A stretch of 58,174 nucleotides of DNA from an archaeon (lineage in GTDB: Archaea; Asgardarchaeota; Thorarchaeia; Thorarchaeales; Thorarchaeaceae). The position numbers and the translations under genes are program-made. The notes under the pieces are model-generated. The model searched no databases and was not told where the DNA came from. It saw only the letters and a program-made list of their open reading frames with translations. This document shows positions 9,622-18,735 of this stretch, in pieces (position 1 is the first letter of the stretch; each line of letters starts with the position of its first letter). The stretch is taken from NCBI GenBank assembly GCA_024276825.1, contig JAJRWI010000001.1, positions 1-58,174 on the forward strand, in the 5' to 3' direction.

Positions 9622-9908
9622 ATATATGCGCAGATATCCTCATCGGTTGTTATCCTGTCCTTTTCACTCAGATAAATAACATGCTGGTCTGCATCCTTCG
9701 CTAGCCATATGTGCAGGGGCTGCTCCTTTAACTCATCAAGCATTTTCAGCCTGTGCTCAAACTTGAGCCCCATGACCTTCAATAGCGACCTCCAGTTGAC
9801 AAACCGATCAACATTCTTTCTCGCAGTAGCAATAATCCTCTCCTTCGAGCCTGGAGTCATAGCTAGAATATCGCTATCCCGTAGCACCGCTTTTATTCTC
9901 ATCTTCAT
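9612..9908 (-). CDS. Hypothetical protein
   Basis: 98-aa ORF with a GGGA element upstream, co-oriented and overlapping the next gene. Confidence 0.65.
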   Translation of the reverse strand: MKMRIKAVLRDSDILAMTPGSKERIIATARKNVDRFVNWRSLLKVMGLKFEHRLKMLDELKEQPLHIWLAKDADQHVIYLSEKDRITTDEDICAYMWQ

Positions 9909-10043
9909 TCCCTCATGGTCAGCATCTGCCTTAGAGATAAAGGTGCTCGTATTATTTCTTTTCTATATTGTTAAAATCCATTTGTTTAGGAAATCTCTAT
10001 ATTGGAATATAGCACTAAAGCTTTATTCCATATTTCCCATAAT

Positions 10044-11012
10044 TTATTCATCATAATGATTGGCACGCACACAATCCAATGTGCTCGGTGGTGTAATGAA
10101 GAGAGGAACAATGAACGCCTCCAAGCGGGTGACTCCATTCTCATTTGCCTCAGTTCTCCCTGTATAGCAGATATCACGATATTCTCCTATCAATTTTATT
10201 TTCACTGGGCAATCCGCACTATGCTGCAGTGTTTCAACCATGGTGCTAAACACTTGTTGTGTCAGCGCTATTTCATCTGAACCGATATTTGAAACAAAAT
10301 GAATGAGGTCTCGGTTTAGTTTCCCTAATAAAATCCTCCAAATATTGTAGAATATGAGTGTCACAAAAAGAGAAACGAGCACACATAGAGCAAGAGTCTT
10401 ACTAAGGGGCTGATTTGTCTGGATGGAGAAGATTATGCCATTACTGGCAATAAGAATAAAGAAGCAGAATGATGCAAGAGTTGCTCTGCAATTGAAGTAA
10501 TCAACCCTTGATAGTAATCCTCCCAGTAGCTCTTTCATTGATCTCTCCCATTCACGAATATCTATCCTAAAGTGAGCCTTGATGTTCCACATCTGCACCA
10601 GAAATAGACTCAAAGATCTCTTGGACTCATCTAATATTATATCATGGGACTGATCTACAATTATGTGGATATTGATGATGAAATCAAGTGTTTCAAGGAT
10701 CTTGGAGATTTCAAAATAGGATAGATCAAATAAGCCTCCTTCTATCCGTGCTATTTTCCAGAATAATAGGAGCAACAATGCAACTATGATGAATGAGCCA
10801 AAAAAGATAACCTGCAATTGTTGAAACAAATCAGAAAATGTTGAATTTGGAAAGTTCGTCATGACCCAATAGACGAATACTGTTAATATCATCATGAGAA
10901 TGATGGCGAAAATCTCGAATGGTCTTTTTCTGCGCTTGTAATAATCATCCCAATCAATTATCCCTGAAACATGGTCAAAGAACACCTTGATACATTCTTT
11001 TTCATCATTCAA
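10044..11012 (-). CDS. Hypothetical membrane protein (about 4 TM)
   Basis: 322-aa ORF with four hydrophobic segments; no recognised motif. Confidence 0.65.
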   Translation of the reverse strand: MNDEKECIKVFFDHVSGIIDWDDYYKRRKRPFEIFAIILMMILTVFVYWVMTNFPNSTFSDLFQQLQVIFFGSFIIVALLLLLFWKIARIEGGLFDLSYFEISKILETLDFIINIHIIVDQSHDIILDESKRSLSLFLVQMWNIKAHFRIDIREWERSMKELLGGLLSRVDYFNCRATLASFCFFILIASNGIIFSIQTNQPLSKTLALCVLVSLFVTLIFYNIWRILLGKLNRDLIHFVSNIGSDEIALTQQVFSTMVETLQHSADCPVKIKLIGEYRDICYTGRTEANENGVTRLEAFIVPLFITPPSTLDCVRANHYDE

Positions 11013-11212
11013 AGGTGAACTCTCTCCATTGCTTTGATTGGTGATGGTTTTGGTCTATAAGGTTTAGGTCCCCTCATATTGAACTGTTGAAATCAGAAGA
11101 ACAATACTGGCAAATATTGCCGAAGTCTTTAAGAATTAAATCTCCAGAGTTTATCATAGATACACGCTCCGATAGTCTTAAAATCAAACTGATGGGATTA
11201 AAACTCACTTGA

Positions 11213-11287
11213 GCCGGCTTGGCGGAGTAGTGACGCGACGGACTGCAGATCCGTTCTACTTGGGTGCAAATCCCAAAGCCGGCTCCA
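11213..11287 (+). tRNA. tRNA-Cys (GCA), intronless, with encoded CCA
   Basis: Acceptor GCCGGCT/AGCCGGC, anticodon arm ACGGA-CT-GCA-GA-TCCGT, T arm TTGGG-TGCAAAT-CCCAA, U73 discriminator, CCA at 11285-11287. Confidence 0.93.
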
Positions 11288-11352
11288 TTATCCTTTTCAT
11301 GACCATTGTTGAAACCAATAATTATAACAGATTGAGAAGCAAAAAGCATGTG

Positions 11353-13374
11353 ATGAACGGACTGAGCAGATCAATTGTCATAATCTTACTAATGTTTGTT
11401 TTTTATATACAGACAATTCCTGCCAATCCAGAACAAGCCAATAGTCGCTTGCAACTGTTTCATGACCAATATCCCCAGTCAAGTGTCGACTACATCTACC
11501 ATTTACCGATACTGATTGTAGGCAACTCGGAGCTGATTGCAGCAAGCTCATCAGGCACAGGTTCAGTTGAGGATCCCCTGATTATTGAAGGTCTTAATAT
11601 CACTACAAATGCCCATGGTATACGCATATTCAATACAACTCTCAATCTCATCATAAGAAACTGCTTCATTCGAAGTGAGAATGATACGGATGGATATGGC
11701 ATTTACATCAATAACTGCAAGAATATCACAATTCAGAACACACAGATTTTGTTAAAGCAGGTTGGAATTGGAGTCGTATATTCTGAATCCATAAAACTGA
11801 ATAATGTCTTGATTCGATATTGCGCAGATCAGGGATTTTATGCTCATGACAGCTCGCATGTTTCAATTCAGAACTGCTCGTTTGGTGGGAGCGATGATTA
11901 TGGCGTGGAACTGCTTCTTGTTGAAGACTCAATTGTGTCTGGCTCTGTCTTTGAGACGAGCCGTGTTGGACTTCATATCAAGTTAAGCAATGACATAGTT
12001 GTGATCAACAATCTTCTTCGCATGAACGAATACGGGGCAATTCTCGAAATGAGTATTCAGTGCAATCTGTCAACGAATAACTTTGAGAATGATGGTTTGC
12101 AGGTGATTGGAAATGAGACCTATGGTTATGATCATGTGATTGAGGGCAATCTTGTAAACGGTCTTCCACTCGAATATTTCCGTGGATTGAACAATAAGAG
12201 AATCTCTTGCGAGGGGCTCGGACAGGCAATCTTTGTACTCTGTGAGAACTTGACAATTTCAGGAGGAATATTCTCTGCAAGTTCAATAGGCATTCAGATT
12301 CGGGCGAGTCATGCATGTATAATTCAATGGATGATAATATCGGATCAGCAAGAAGATGCTATCCAGATGAGCTATTCAACAAACTGTACCGTTCAGTTTG
12401 TATATTTGATTCAAAACAACTATGGCATTTGGATTAACAATTGTGAGGGTATCAAGGTTTCTAGTAATATCATCACAGACAATAACAAGTCTGGGATCAT
12501 CATTCTGAGTTCTGTGAATTGCATCGTGGAGTCAAACAGAATTGGAGCTAACAGAGACGGCCTAGAGGTCTACAATTCTGATTTTATTTCAGTGGACTTT
12601 AACTCAATCGAGGAAAACTCTGGTTATGGTGTCTATCTTGAACGAACTGGAGGTTCCATCATTCATTTTAATAGGATCCTTTCAAACCACCTTGATGGAA
12701 TCTCAATCTACGAGTCCGTTGCCTTTGTTATTTCTGAAAATCTAATAATTGATAATTTAGCTGGAATATTCACTGGTTTTGTTGATCAGGTCAAGATTAT
12801 AGAAAATCATATTTTCAGCAATTCTGCAAATGGTATTCATTTAATCCTTGCAGACCATTTGAACATCTCAAGGAATTGCATTTCTGCAAACAGAAACGGC
12901 ATTAGAATCTCACATGCCGCCACTGGAATATTGAATAATAACAATATTTCAATGAATGATGTATGGGGTGTTGGATTGCACGATGCTTCCAATTTCGAGA
13001 TATCATTCAATCGTTTCTTCAATAATACAATTGGTCTGAAGCTCGATGATAGTGCCTATGATAATATCGTTTTTTCGAACTATTTCTATTTTAACTCAGA
13101 ACACAATGCCTGGGATCAGGGTGAGCATAACATATGGGATGATGAGGCTGGTCATGGGAATATTTGGGATGACGCCACTTCCGACAATTATGTTGTTTAT
13201 GGTTCAGCTGAAAGTGTTGACCACTTCCCTGTTGTTATGAACACAAGCATGAATCCAACAACATCCTTGACCGATGACAATGGCGAGCTCTCAGTAATTT
13301 ACACGGGGTCTGTGGCAGCTCTCTTAATAGGCCTAATTGCTCTGATCATTCTATATCATAGGCATCACACATGA
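11353..13374 (+). CDS. NosD/CASH right-handed beta-helix surface protein with C-terminal TM anchor
   Basis: Signal-like N-terminus, GTGSVEDPLII, many GI-x-I/N-x-I-x-x-N repeats, GNIWDD...DHFP, C-terminal TM. Start moved downstream of the tRNA. Confidence 0.88.
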   Translation: MNGLSRSIVIILLMFVFYIQTIPANPEQANSRLQLFHDQYPQSSVDYIYHLPILIVGNSELIAASSSGTGSVEDPLIIEGLNITTNAHGIRIFNTTLNLIIRNCFIRSENDTDGYGIYINNCKNITIQNTQILLKQVGIGVVYSESIKLNNVLIRYCADQGFYAHDSSHVSIQNCSFGGSDDYGVELLLVEDSIVSGSVFETSRVGLHIKLSNDIVVINNLLRMNEYGAILEMSIQCNLSTNNFENDGLQVIGNETYGYDHVIEGNLVNGLPLEYFRGLNNKRISCEGLGQAIFVLCENLTISGGIFSASSIGIQIRASHACIIQWMIISDQQEDAIQMSYSTNCTVQFVYLIQNNYGIWINNCEGIKVSSNIITDNNKSGIIILSSVNCIVESNRIGANRDGLEVYNSDFISVDFNSIEENSGYGVYLERTGGSIIHFNRILSNHLDGISIYESVAFVISENLIIDNLAGIFTGFVDQVKIIENHIFSNSANGIHLILADHLNISRNCISANRNGIRISHAATGILNNNNISMNDVWGVGLHDASNFEISFNRFFNNTIGLKLDDSAYDNIVFSNYFYFNSEHNAWDQGEHNIWDDEAGHGNIWDDATSDNYVVYGSAESVDHFPVVMNTSMNPTTSLTDDNGELSVIYTGSVAALLIGLIALIILYHRHHT

Positions 13375-13402
13375 GTCCATTATCTCATCTCACTATTATT
13401 TC

Positions 13403-15574
13403 GTGGTGGAACTGATGACTGAAGCAATGAGAAGACTCGCGAGGAGCATTGTCAATCATTGCCTGAAAGTTGTCAGTTCACTCAAGATTGATGATTGTAT
13501 TGAAGCTGCAGAGATCACTCGTTTGGCCTGTTTAAATTGGGTCATAAACAATTACCTGAAGACGGATGAGCTGATTCTCCAAAGGCCTTCATTCTTTGCT
13601 CAACAACATTATGTTGATCAGTCTTTTATTCTCAAGACTGCTCAAGAGGTCCTGTCAAGTCTCAAAATTAATGAGATTGACGAGCAATTGCAGAACATGA
13701 TACGTATTGAGGTATCAATTCTGCTTGGAATGATTCATTCAATCTGTCTGCATTTGATTAAGACTCCACAAGGCCTATCACTTCGGGACCATGGCGTGTT
13801 CTATACTCCCCTATATATCAGTGAATACATTTCTGAACGCACTATTGGTGACTTTATCGATGCTGGCCTCTCCAAGCCTGACATGGCTGATAAGGCAGAA
13901 TATATTCTCTCCATGCGTTTGCTTGATCCTGCCTGTGGTTCAGGAATCTTCCTATTCTCCGCATTTCACTCACTTAGTAAACGTTTACTGGGTGCTTCGA
14001 ATAGCAATAGAAGTGAGCTCCCAGATAATACTACTGCTCGCTTGCTTGATAGTTTATATGGCGTTGACATAGATGAGGCTGCTGTTGAGATCAGCGCACT
14101 AGGTCTTTCTATAATCGCGTCAGACGAACCGTTGAAAGCCATGACTCGACTGATTGGCCGAAGTCTGAAGGTTGGCGACTCGTTGATCTCGCCACGGTCG
14201 GTTCATGATGCAAGGACACAAGGCATAGAGATTCCAAAATGGGTTAGACCCTTTGATTGGAACGATGAATTTCACGATGTATTCTCCAGCAACCCCACTG
14301 GATTTGATTTTGTCATAATGAATCCCCCATATCAGCGCCTTAAGCCAAACCTTGCAGAGTATCTCAGAGACCGCCTATTGATTGGCGAACGTGAGGTGAA
14401 TCTTGAAGATTATGAACAATACCGCAGAAACATATTGGGTCTTAATCATCTTTTCAGGAGCTCGGATGAATACAGAGTTTCAAATCGTCGAACGATTGAC
14501 CTCTATCGTTTGTTCGTTGAGCGTGCCCTCAGGCTAACACATGGACAAAGTCGAATCGGTTTTATTATCCCATCAACGATACTTGGCGACCTCTCTGCAG
14601 CACAGCTAAGGCAAGAGCTGTTATTGAATAATAGAATCGAGCTGATAGATGAATTTCGCGAAACAGGACTATTTCAGCGTGTTTCACAATCTACACTAAT
14701 TATGATAGTCCAAAGGGGTCAGCCTACAGAGTTGCTTAGAGCACGGTTTGGTCTGAGATCACAGGTGGACCTGCATTCTGCCCCACCAATTGTAATCCCC
14801 TTTACTGAAATGAGGGCCTTCTTACGCGGATACTTTGTGATTCCTAGGTCTGATTCAATTGGCTGGAGCATCCTAAAACAGATGCACAAGTTTCCTTCTA
14901 TTGATGAGAATCCCAACATTCAGGTGTTCAGGGGTGAACTGGATCTCACACTGGACAAAGAATACATAACAACTAAAACCACTGCTTGGAAATTAGTTCG
15001 TGGCCGAAATATCTCACGATATGAGTTAAGGGGTTTGGATGATACCACTGAATATGTCAATTTTCATAAGCTCATGAAGAACAGGTCTCTTGGGATTCGC
15101 AAAGGGCATCGCGATTTGGAGCGTCTTGCCTGTCAACAAATATCTAATATGTCTCAACGATGGCGATTAAAGTTCTCATTAGTCCCGCCAATGCATATTC
15201 TTGCGAACTCAAGCAACTATCTTGTATATAATGGTCCATCGAGGAAGATGAACCTTCTCTATCTTCTAGGGCTTCTCAACTCAGAACTGCTAAACTGGCG
15301 TTTCAAGACAACAAATTCAAACAATCACATAGCAATCCATGAACTGTCTTCGCTGCCCATTGTGCCATTCAACCCCGAATCTTCTGATGCACTGGATCTG
15401 GTTAATGAAGTAAGGCAAACCATGAAGGGTCGTAACCATGCAGAAATAGCATTCTCAACTACCGAGTCTATTGTGTTCAGAATTTACAATATTAAGCCAA
15501 AGCAGGCAAAGCATGTACTGGCTGCACAGGGTCTATCATCCGAAGATGCCTCTCAAATAATCAATCTCATTTAA
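13403..15574 (+). CDS. N6-adenine DNA methyltransferase (gamma class, Alw26I/Eco31I-like) with TaqI-type C-terminal recognition domain
   Basis: GVFYTP, LDPACGSG, GVDID, MNPPY, and C-terminal LLGLLNSELLNWRFK...NNH. Confidence 0.9.
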   Translation: MVELMTEAMRRLARSIVNHCLKVVSSLKIDDCIEAAEITRLACLNWVINNYLKTDELILQRPSFFAQQHYVDQSFILKTAQEVLSSLKINEIDEQLQNMIRIEVSILLGMIHSICLHLIKTPQGLSLRDHGVFYTPLYISEYISERTIGDFIDAGLSKPDMADKAEYILSMRLLDPACGSGIFLFSAFHSLSKRLLGASNSNRSELPDNTTARLLDSLYGVDIDEAAVEISALGLSIIASDEPLKAMTRLIGRSLKVGDSLISPRSVHDARTQGIEIPKWVRPFDWNDEFHDVFSSNPTGFDFVIMNPPYQRLKPNLAEYLRDRLLIGEREVNLEDYEQYRRNILGLNHLFRSSDEYRVSNRRTIDLYRLFVERALRLTHGQSRIGFIIPSTILGDLSAAQLRQELLLNNRIELIDEFRETGLFQRVSQSTLIMIVQRGQPTELLRARFGLRSQVDLHSAPPIVIPFTEMRAFLRGYFVIPRSDSIGWSILKQMHKFPSIDENPNIQVFRGELDLTLDKEYITTKTTAWKLVRGRNISRYELRGLDDTTEYVNFHKLMKNRSLGIRKGHRDLERLACQQISNMSQRWRLKFSLVPPMHILANSSNYLVYNGPSRKMNLLYLLGLLNSELLNWRFKTTNSNNHIAIHELSSLPIVPFNPESSDALDLVNEVRQTMKGRNHAEIAFSTTESIVFRIYNIKPKQAKHVLAAQGLSSEDASQIINLI

Positions 15575-15645
15575 TAGCATGTTATCAGCTTTTAGATTGA
15601 AATACAAGAACAAGAATTTAAGTTCAGATAAGGAATGGTGTCATT

Positions 15646-16827
15646 ATGTCCTCTTTATTGTATGATCACATAAGCGCTCAACTAAGCGAGCTGGACATGA
15701 TGATGATCAAGTCGATTCCCCCGGGTGGGAACTGGCGGGACATTCCTCTGAATATTGCAAAGAAGTCAGCAAGACTAATGCAGATACGCCGCTCGGGTGG
15801 TAGGACAACGTACTATGGCCGCTTGAATGAGGACTCCCCAAGTTATACAATCAACACCTATTTCAACCGACCCGGGAATGGGACATTCATACATCCCAAA
15901 CAGGACCGACTTATCTCATTGAGAGAGGCCGCTCGATTGCAGTCTTTTCCTGATGAATACAGATTCCATGGAAGTATCTCATCACGGTTCAAGCAGATTG
16001 GTAACGCAGTCCCTCCGCTATTAGCAAGGGCTTTAGGTTCAATGGTCCCTGCTGGACGAGTAATTGATCTATTTGCTGGTGCAGGAGGTCTCTCGAAGGG
16101 GCTGGAGATGGCAGGCCATAATGTCATCCTAGCTTCAGATATCAATCAGCACATGTGCATGACCCTCAGGCAAAATCATCCAGAAACACAAGTCTTGCAG
16201 GGCGACCTTTCAACTGAAGATCAATGCAAGCAACTTGTGGACACTGCAGAGTCTCTTCTCAATGGAAAAACGCTCAGAATGATTGTTGGAGGTCCCCCTT
16301 GTCAAGGCTTCTCGACCGCTGGCAAATGGACTCCTGATGACGAACGAAACTACCTATTCATTCCAATGATGAGAGTGATAGATAGACTTCGGCCCGAATT
16401 TGTGCTAATTGAGAATGTGCCCGGAATCCTTTGGATGAAGAACGGTCTAGTGTTTGAAAAAATCTTGGCTGAACTGGAGTATCTGGGTTACAAGGCAAGA
16501 TGGAATGAGCTGAGAGCAGAGGAGTTTGGTGTTCCTCAAAGAAGGCGCCGTGTGTTCATTTTTGCCTCTCAAGACAATCCTATTGCCTTTCCTGAGCCAA
16601 TCTTTGCACCAGCACCGGACAGACGAAACAGAGAGTCCGGCTGGTATAATAGATTCTCAAGACCCAAACCAATAACCGTGGGTAAGGCTATTTCTGACCT
16701 CCCTCCAATTTCAGCGGGCAGTGGTGCTGAGGTCACCAAATATAGCAACGAGTGGATCGAATCAAAATATCAAGAATGGGCTCGTGGCCTAATCCCCCTA
16801 AACGAACTCTTGACTGAAAGAACTTAA
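15646..16827 (+). CDS. Circularly permuted C5-cytosine DNA methyltransferase
   Basis: Order is TRD, motif IX (REAARLQSFP), X (QIGNAVPP), I (DLFAGAGG), IV (GGPPCQGFS), VI (ENVPG), VIII (PQRRRRVF). Confidence 0.95.
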   Translation: MSSLLYDHISAQLSELDMMMIKSIPPGGNWRDIPLNIAKKSARLMQIRRSGGRTTYYGRLNEDSPSYTINTYFNRPGNGTFIHPKQDRLISLREAARLQSFPDEYRFHGSISSRFKQIGNAVPPLLARALGSMVPAGRVIDLFAGAGGLSKGLEMAGHNVILASDINQHMCMTLRQNHPETQVLQGDLSTEDQCKQLVDTAESLLNGKTLRMIVGGPPCQGFSTAGKWTPDDERNYLFIPMMRVIDRLRPEFVLIENVPGILWMKNGLVFEKILAELEYLGYKARWNELRAEEFGVPQRRRRVFIFASQDNPIAFPEPIFAPAPDRRNRESGWYNRFSRPKPITVGKAISDLPPISAGSGAEVTKYSNEWIESKYQEWARGLIPLNELLTERT

Positions 16828-16898
16828 TGCGAATGAAGCTTCCTCATTCTTAATAATGGGACAATGTATTGATTATGTTATCTGGAGGAATACTCACT

Positions 16899-18572
16899 AT
16901 GCTAGAGACCGCAATGCTGTGTGATTTGCGCAGTGCAAAGATTGTAGCACAGCATACATTCCTGAGGGAAAAGGTCTCACCCTCCTTTATTCAAGATATT
17001 CTTGAGAAGTTTTACGAGTTGGAAATATCGGATAGTTCTTGTCATCAAATAACTGTGGAAGACAGGAATGCCATTGTTTGTAGGATAACACCAAATCTGC
17101 TTCTGATTGGATTATCCAGCCTGCAAATCTCAGAAGACGAATTGCAAATAATGAAACAAATGAGGTCTGAGTTGACAAGTGTCTATCATGGATTGTCAAG
17201 ACCTCGCGATGATGACTTTCGGTCAATTGTGGACCGCATAATGAGAAAGAGGATAACTATCTGCTTTTTATCATCACTCCATCCATTGTCGAGTGATAGC
17301 ACCGGAATTGCCATTCAAGAGGCAATATTGGACTATGGCGACGAATCTCAATTCCTCACAAGACCAATTCCAATTGGACCCTTTGCTATTCATATTGCAA
17401 GAATATCCCCTGAAGAGGTACCAGAGAAATCTTGGCCTGATCATCTTCACGATGTGCTGACGTTCATTATAGTTCTCTCTAAAGAATTAGATGATGCAGC
17501 TGTAATCAATGAAATAGTATCCCGCATAAGATCGAACTCAAAAGTACCAATTCTAATTGTCCCCTCCTCAAATGAGTTTCTTGAACGTGCACGGAAGTTT
17601 GAGATGGACTTGAATCTTGACTTATGTGATTCAGTTTCACCTGATCCAATTGACCTGCTTCTTTCTGTTCTTCCAATTGCTGGCTTTACTGATATTCATG
17701 AAGAGTTAGCAAAGAAAGTATGGATTCTACCTAAACGTAAGCAGAGTCAGACCGACGAAACCACTAAAGCTGTTGGACATCAGGCCTTCTTTGTTGTGAA
17801 TAGATTAACTGGACGAGCGGAGTATAGCTATTACTACAAGGATCAATCACACCTTCTATCACTCGCCCCGAATCTGGTTGCCGCAATCTCGATGTTTAGA
17901 ATCAACAGCTCTGACCCAACTGGCACTGCGGTTCTCAGAATGGGCAATTTCAATTATGCCATGATCGAAAAGGACGACTTGATCTTCACTCTGGTCACTG
18001 GCGAGCTCGATGATATTGAATTGATTCGTGGAAAATTTGCACATCTACCCGAATTGTATTTTGAGGAACCACCTCCGCCTATTGAAGACCCAACAAATTT
18101 GTATAAATCGCCTCCATTCACCCTAAAACTTCTCGCCACGATTCCTCCGATGAACCTTATTGAAAGGTTTAGACTTGTCCGAGTCAAAGAGCTTGATTGG
18201 GAGCAATTTGCAGACCCACTTGTGCAAAGTTTTCTAAAGATGGTATACCAGAGTATTGATGGCAAAAAGACCATTGCTGACTTCTTGCAGGTCTCGCAGT
18301 CTGGACTTGTCATTGGGGCAATCCACCTCTTGCTTCGTCTTGGCGCTATTGATGCTCAATTGAAAGTGTTTCCAGATGATATTCCCCTACTGACTGGGGA
18401 TGCACCTGAAAATCTCTACTCACTCTATTCGCATTTAAGCCGCATTTTGCCGAAGATTGACGGAAAAAAAACTATTGCAGAACTTGCCAAAGAAGTTGGC
18501 GTTGATCAACAGGTCCTACTCACTGTTCTGACAGACTTGTATAAGAAGGGAGTTATTCGTTTTATTGGATAA
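16899..18572 (+). CDS. Longin / degenerate G-domain / longin / tandem winged-helix protein (pseudo-GTPase paralogue of the next gene)
   Basis: Collinear similarity to 18736..20658 over the full length, but no P-loop, DxxG or NKxD. Two IDGKKTIA wHTH repeats. GGAGG upstream of the ATG at 16899. Confidence 0.7.
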   Translation: MLETAMLCDLRSAKIVAQHTFLREKVSPSFIQDILEKFYELEISDSSCHQITVEDRNAIVCRITPNLLLIGLSSLQISEDELQIMKQMRSELTSVYHGLSRPRDDDFRSIVDRIMRKRITICFLSSLHPLSSDSTGIAIQEAILDYGDESQFLTRPIPIGPFAIHIARISPEEVPEKSWPDHLHDVLTFIIVLSKELDDAAVINEIVSRIRSNSKVPILIVPSSNEFLERARKFEMDLNLDLCDSVSPDPIDLLLSVLPIAGFTDIHEELAKKVWILPKRKQSQTDETTKAVGHQAFFVVNRLTGRAEYSYYYKDQSHLLSLAPNLVAAISMFRINSSDPTGTAVLRMGNFNYAMIEKDDLIFTLVTGELDDIELIRGKFAHLPELYFEEPPPPIEDPTNLYKSPPFTLKLLATIPPMNLIERFRLVRVKELDWEQFADPLVQSFLKMVYQSIDGKKTIADFLQVSQSGLVIGAIHLLLRLGAIDAQLKVFPDDIPLLTGDAPENLYSLYSHLSRILPKIDGKKTIAELAKEVGVDQQVLLTVLTDLYKKGVIRFIG

Positions 18573-18735
18573 CACAATATTATCCATAATATTGATACAT
18601 CTTACTAGATACTTTATATCTGGTATCTTTCCAAATTCTAATATATTAAAGCTGAAAATAATAGCATAAACTGATGACAAATATATTGATAATGCATTTA
18701 CTACGAAAGTATATTGAGCTGGAGCGCGAGCCCAA

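Noticed and set aside
11209-11352. ORF-track N-terminal extension of the NosD protein, and antisense ORF 11074..11349
   Set aside because: Both overlap the tRNA-Cys gene. The signal-peptide-like sequence begins at ATG 11353.
11213-16827. Integrated element at tRNA-Cys carrying the methyltransferases
   Set aside because: No integrase was seen, and I found no duplicated tRNA 3' end (att site) in the window.
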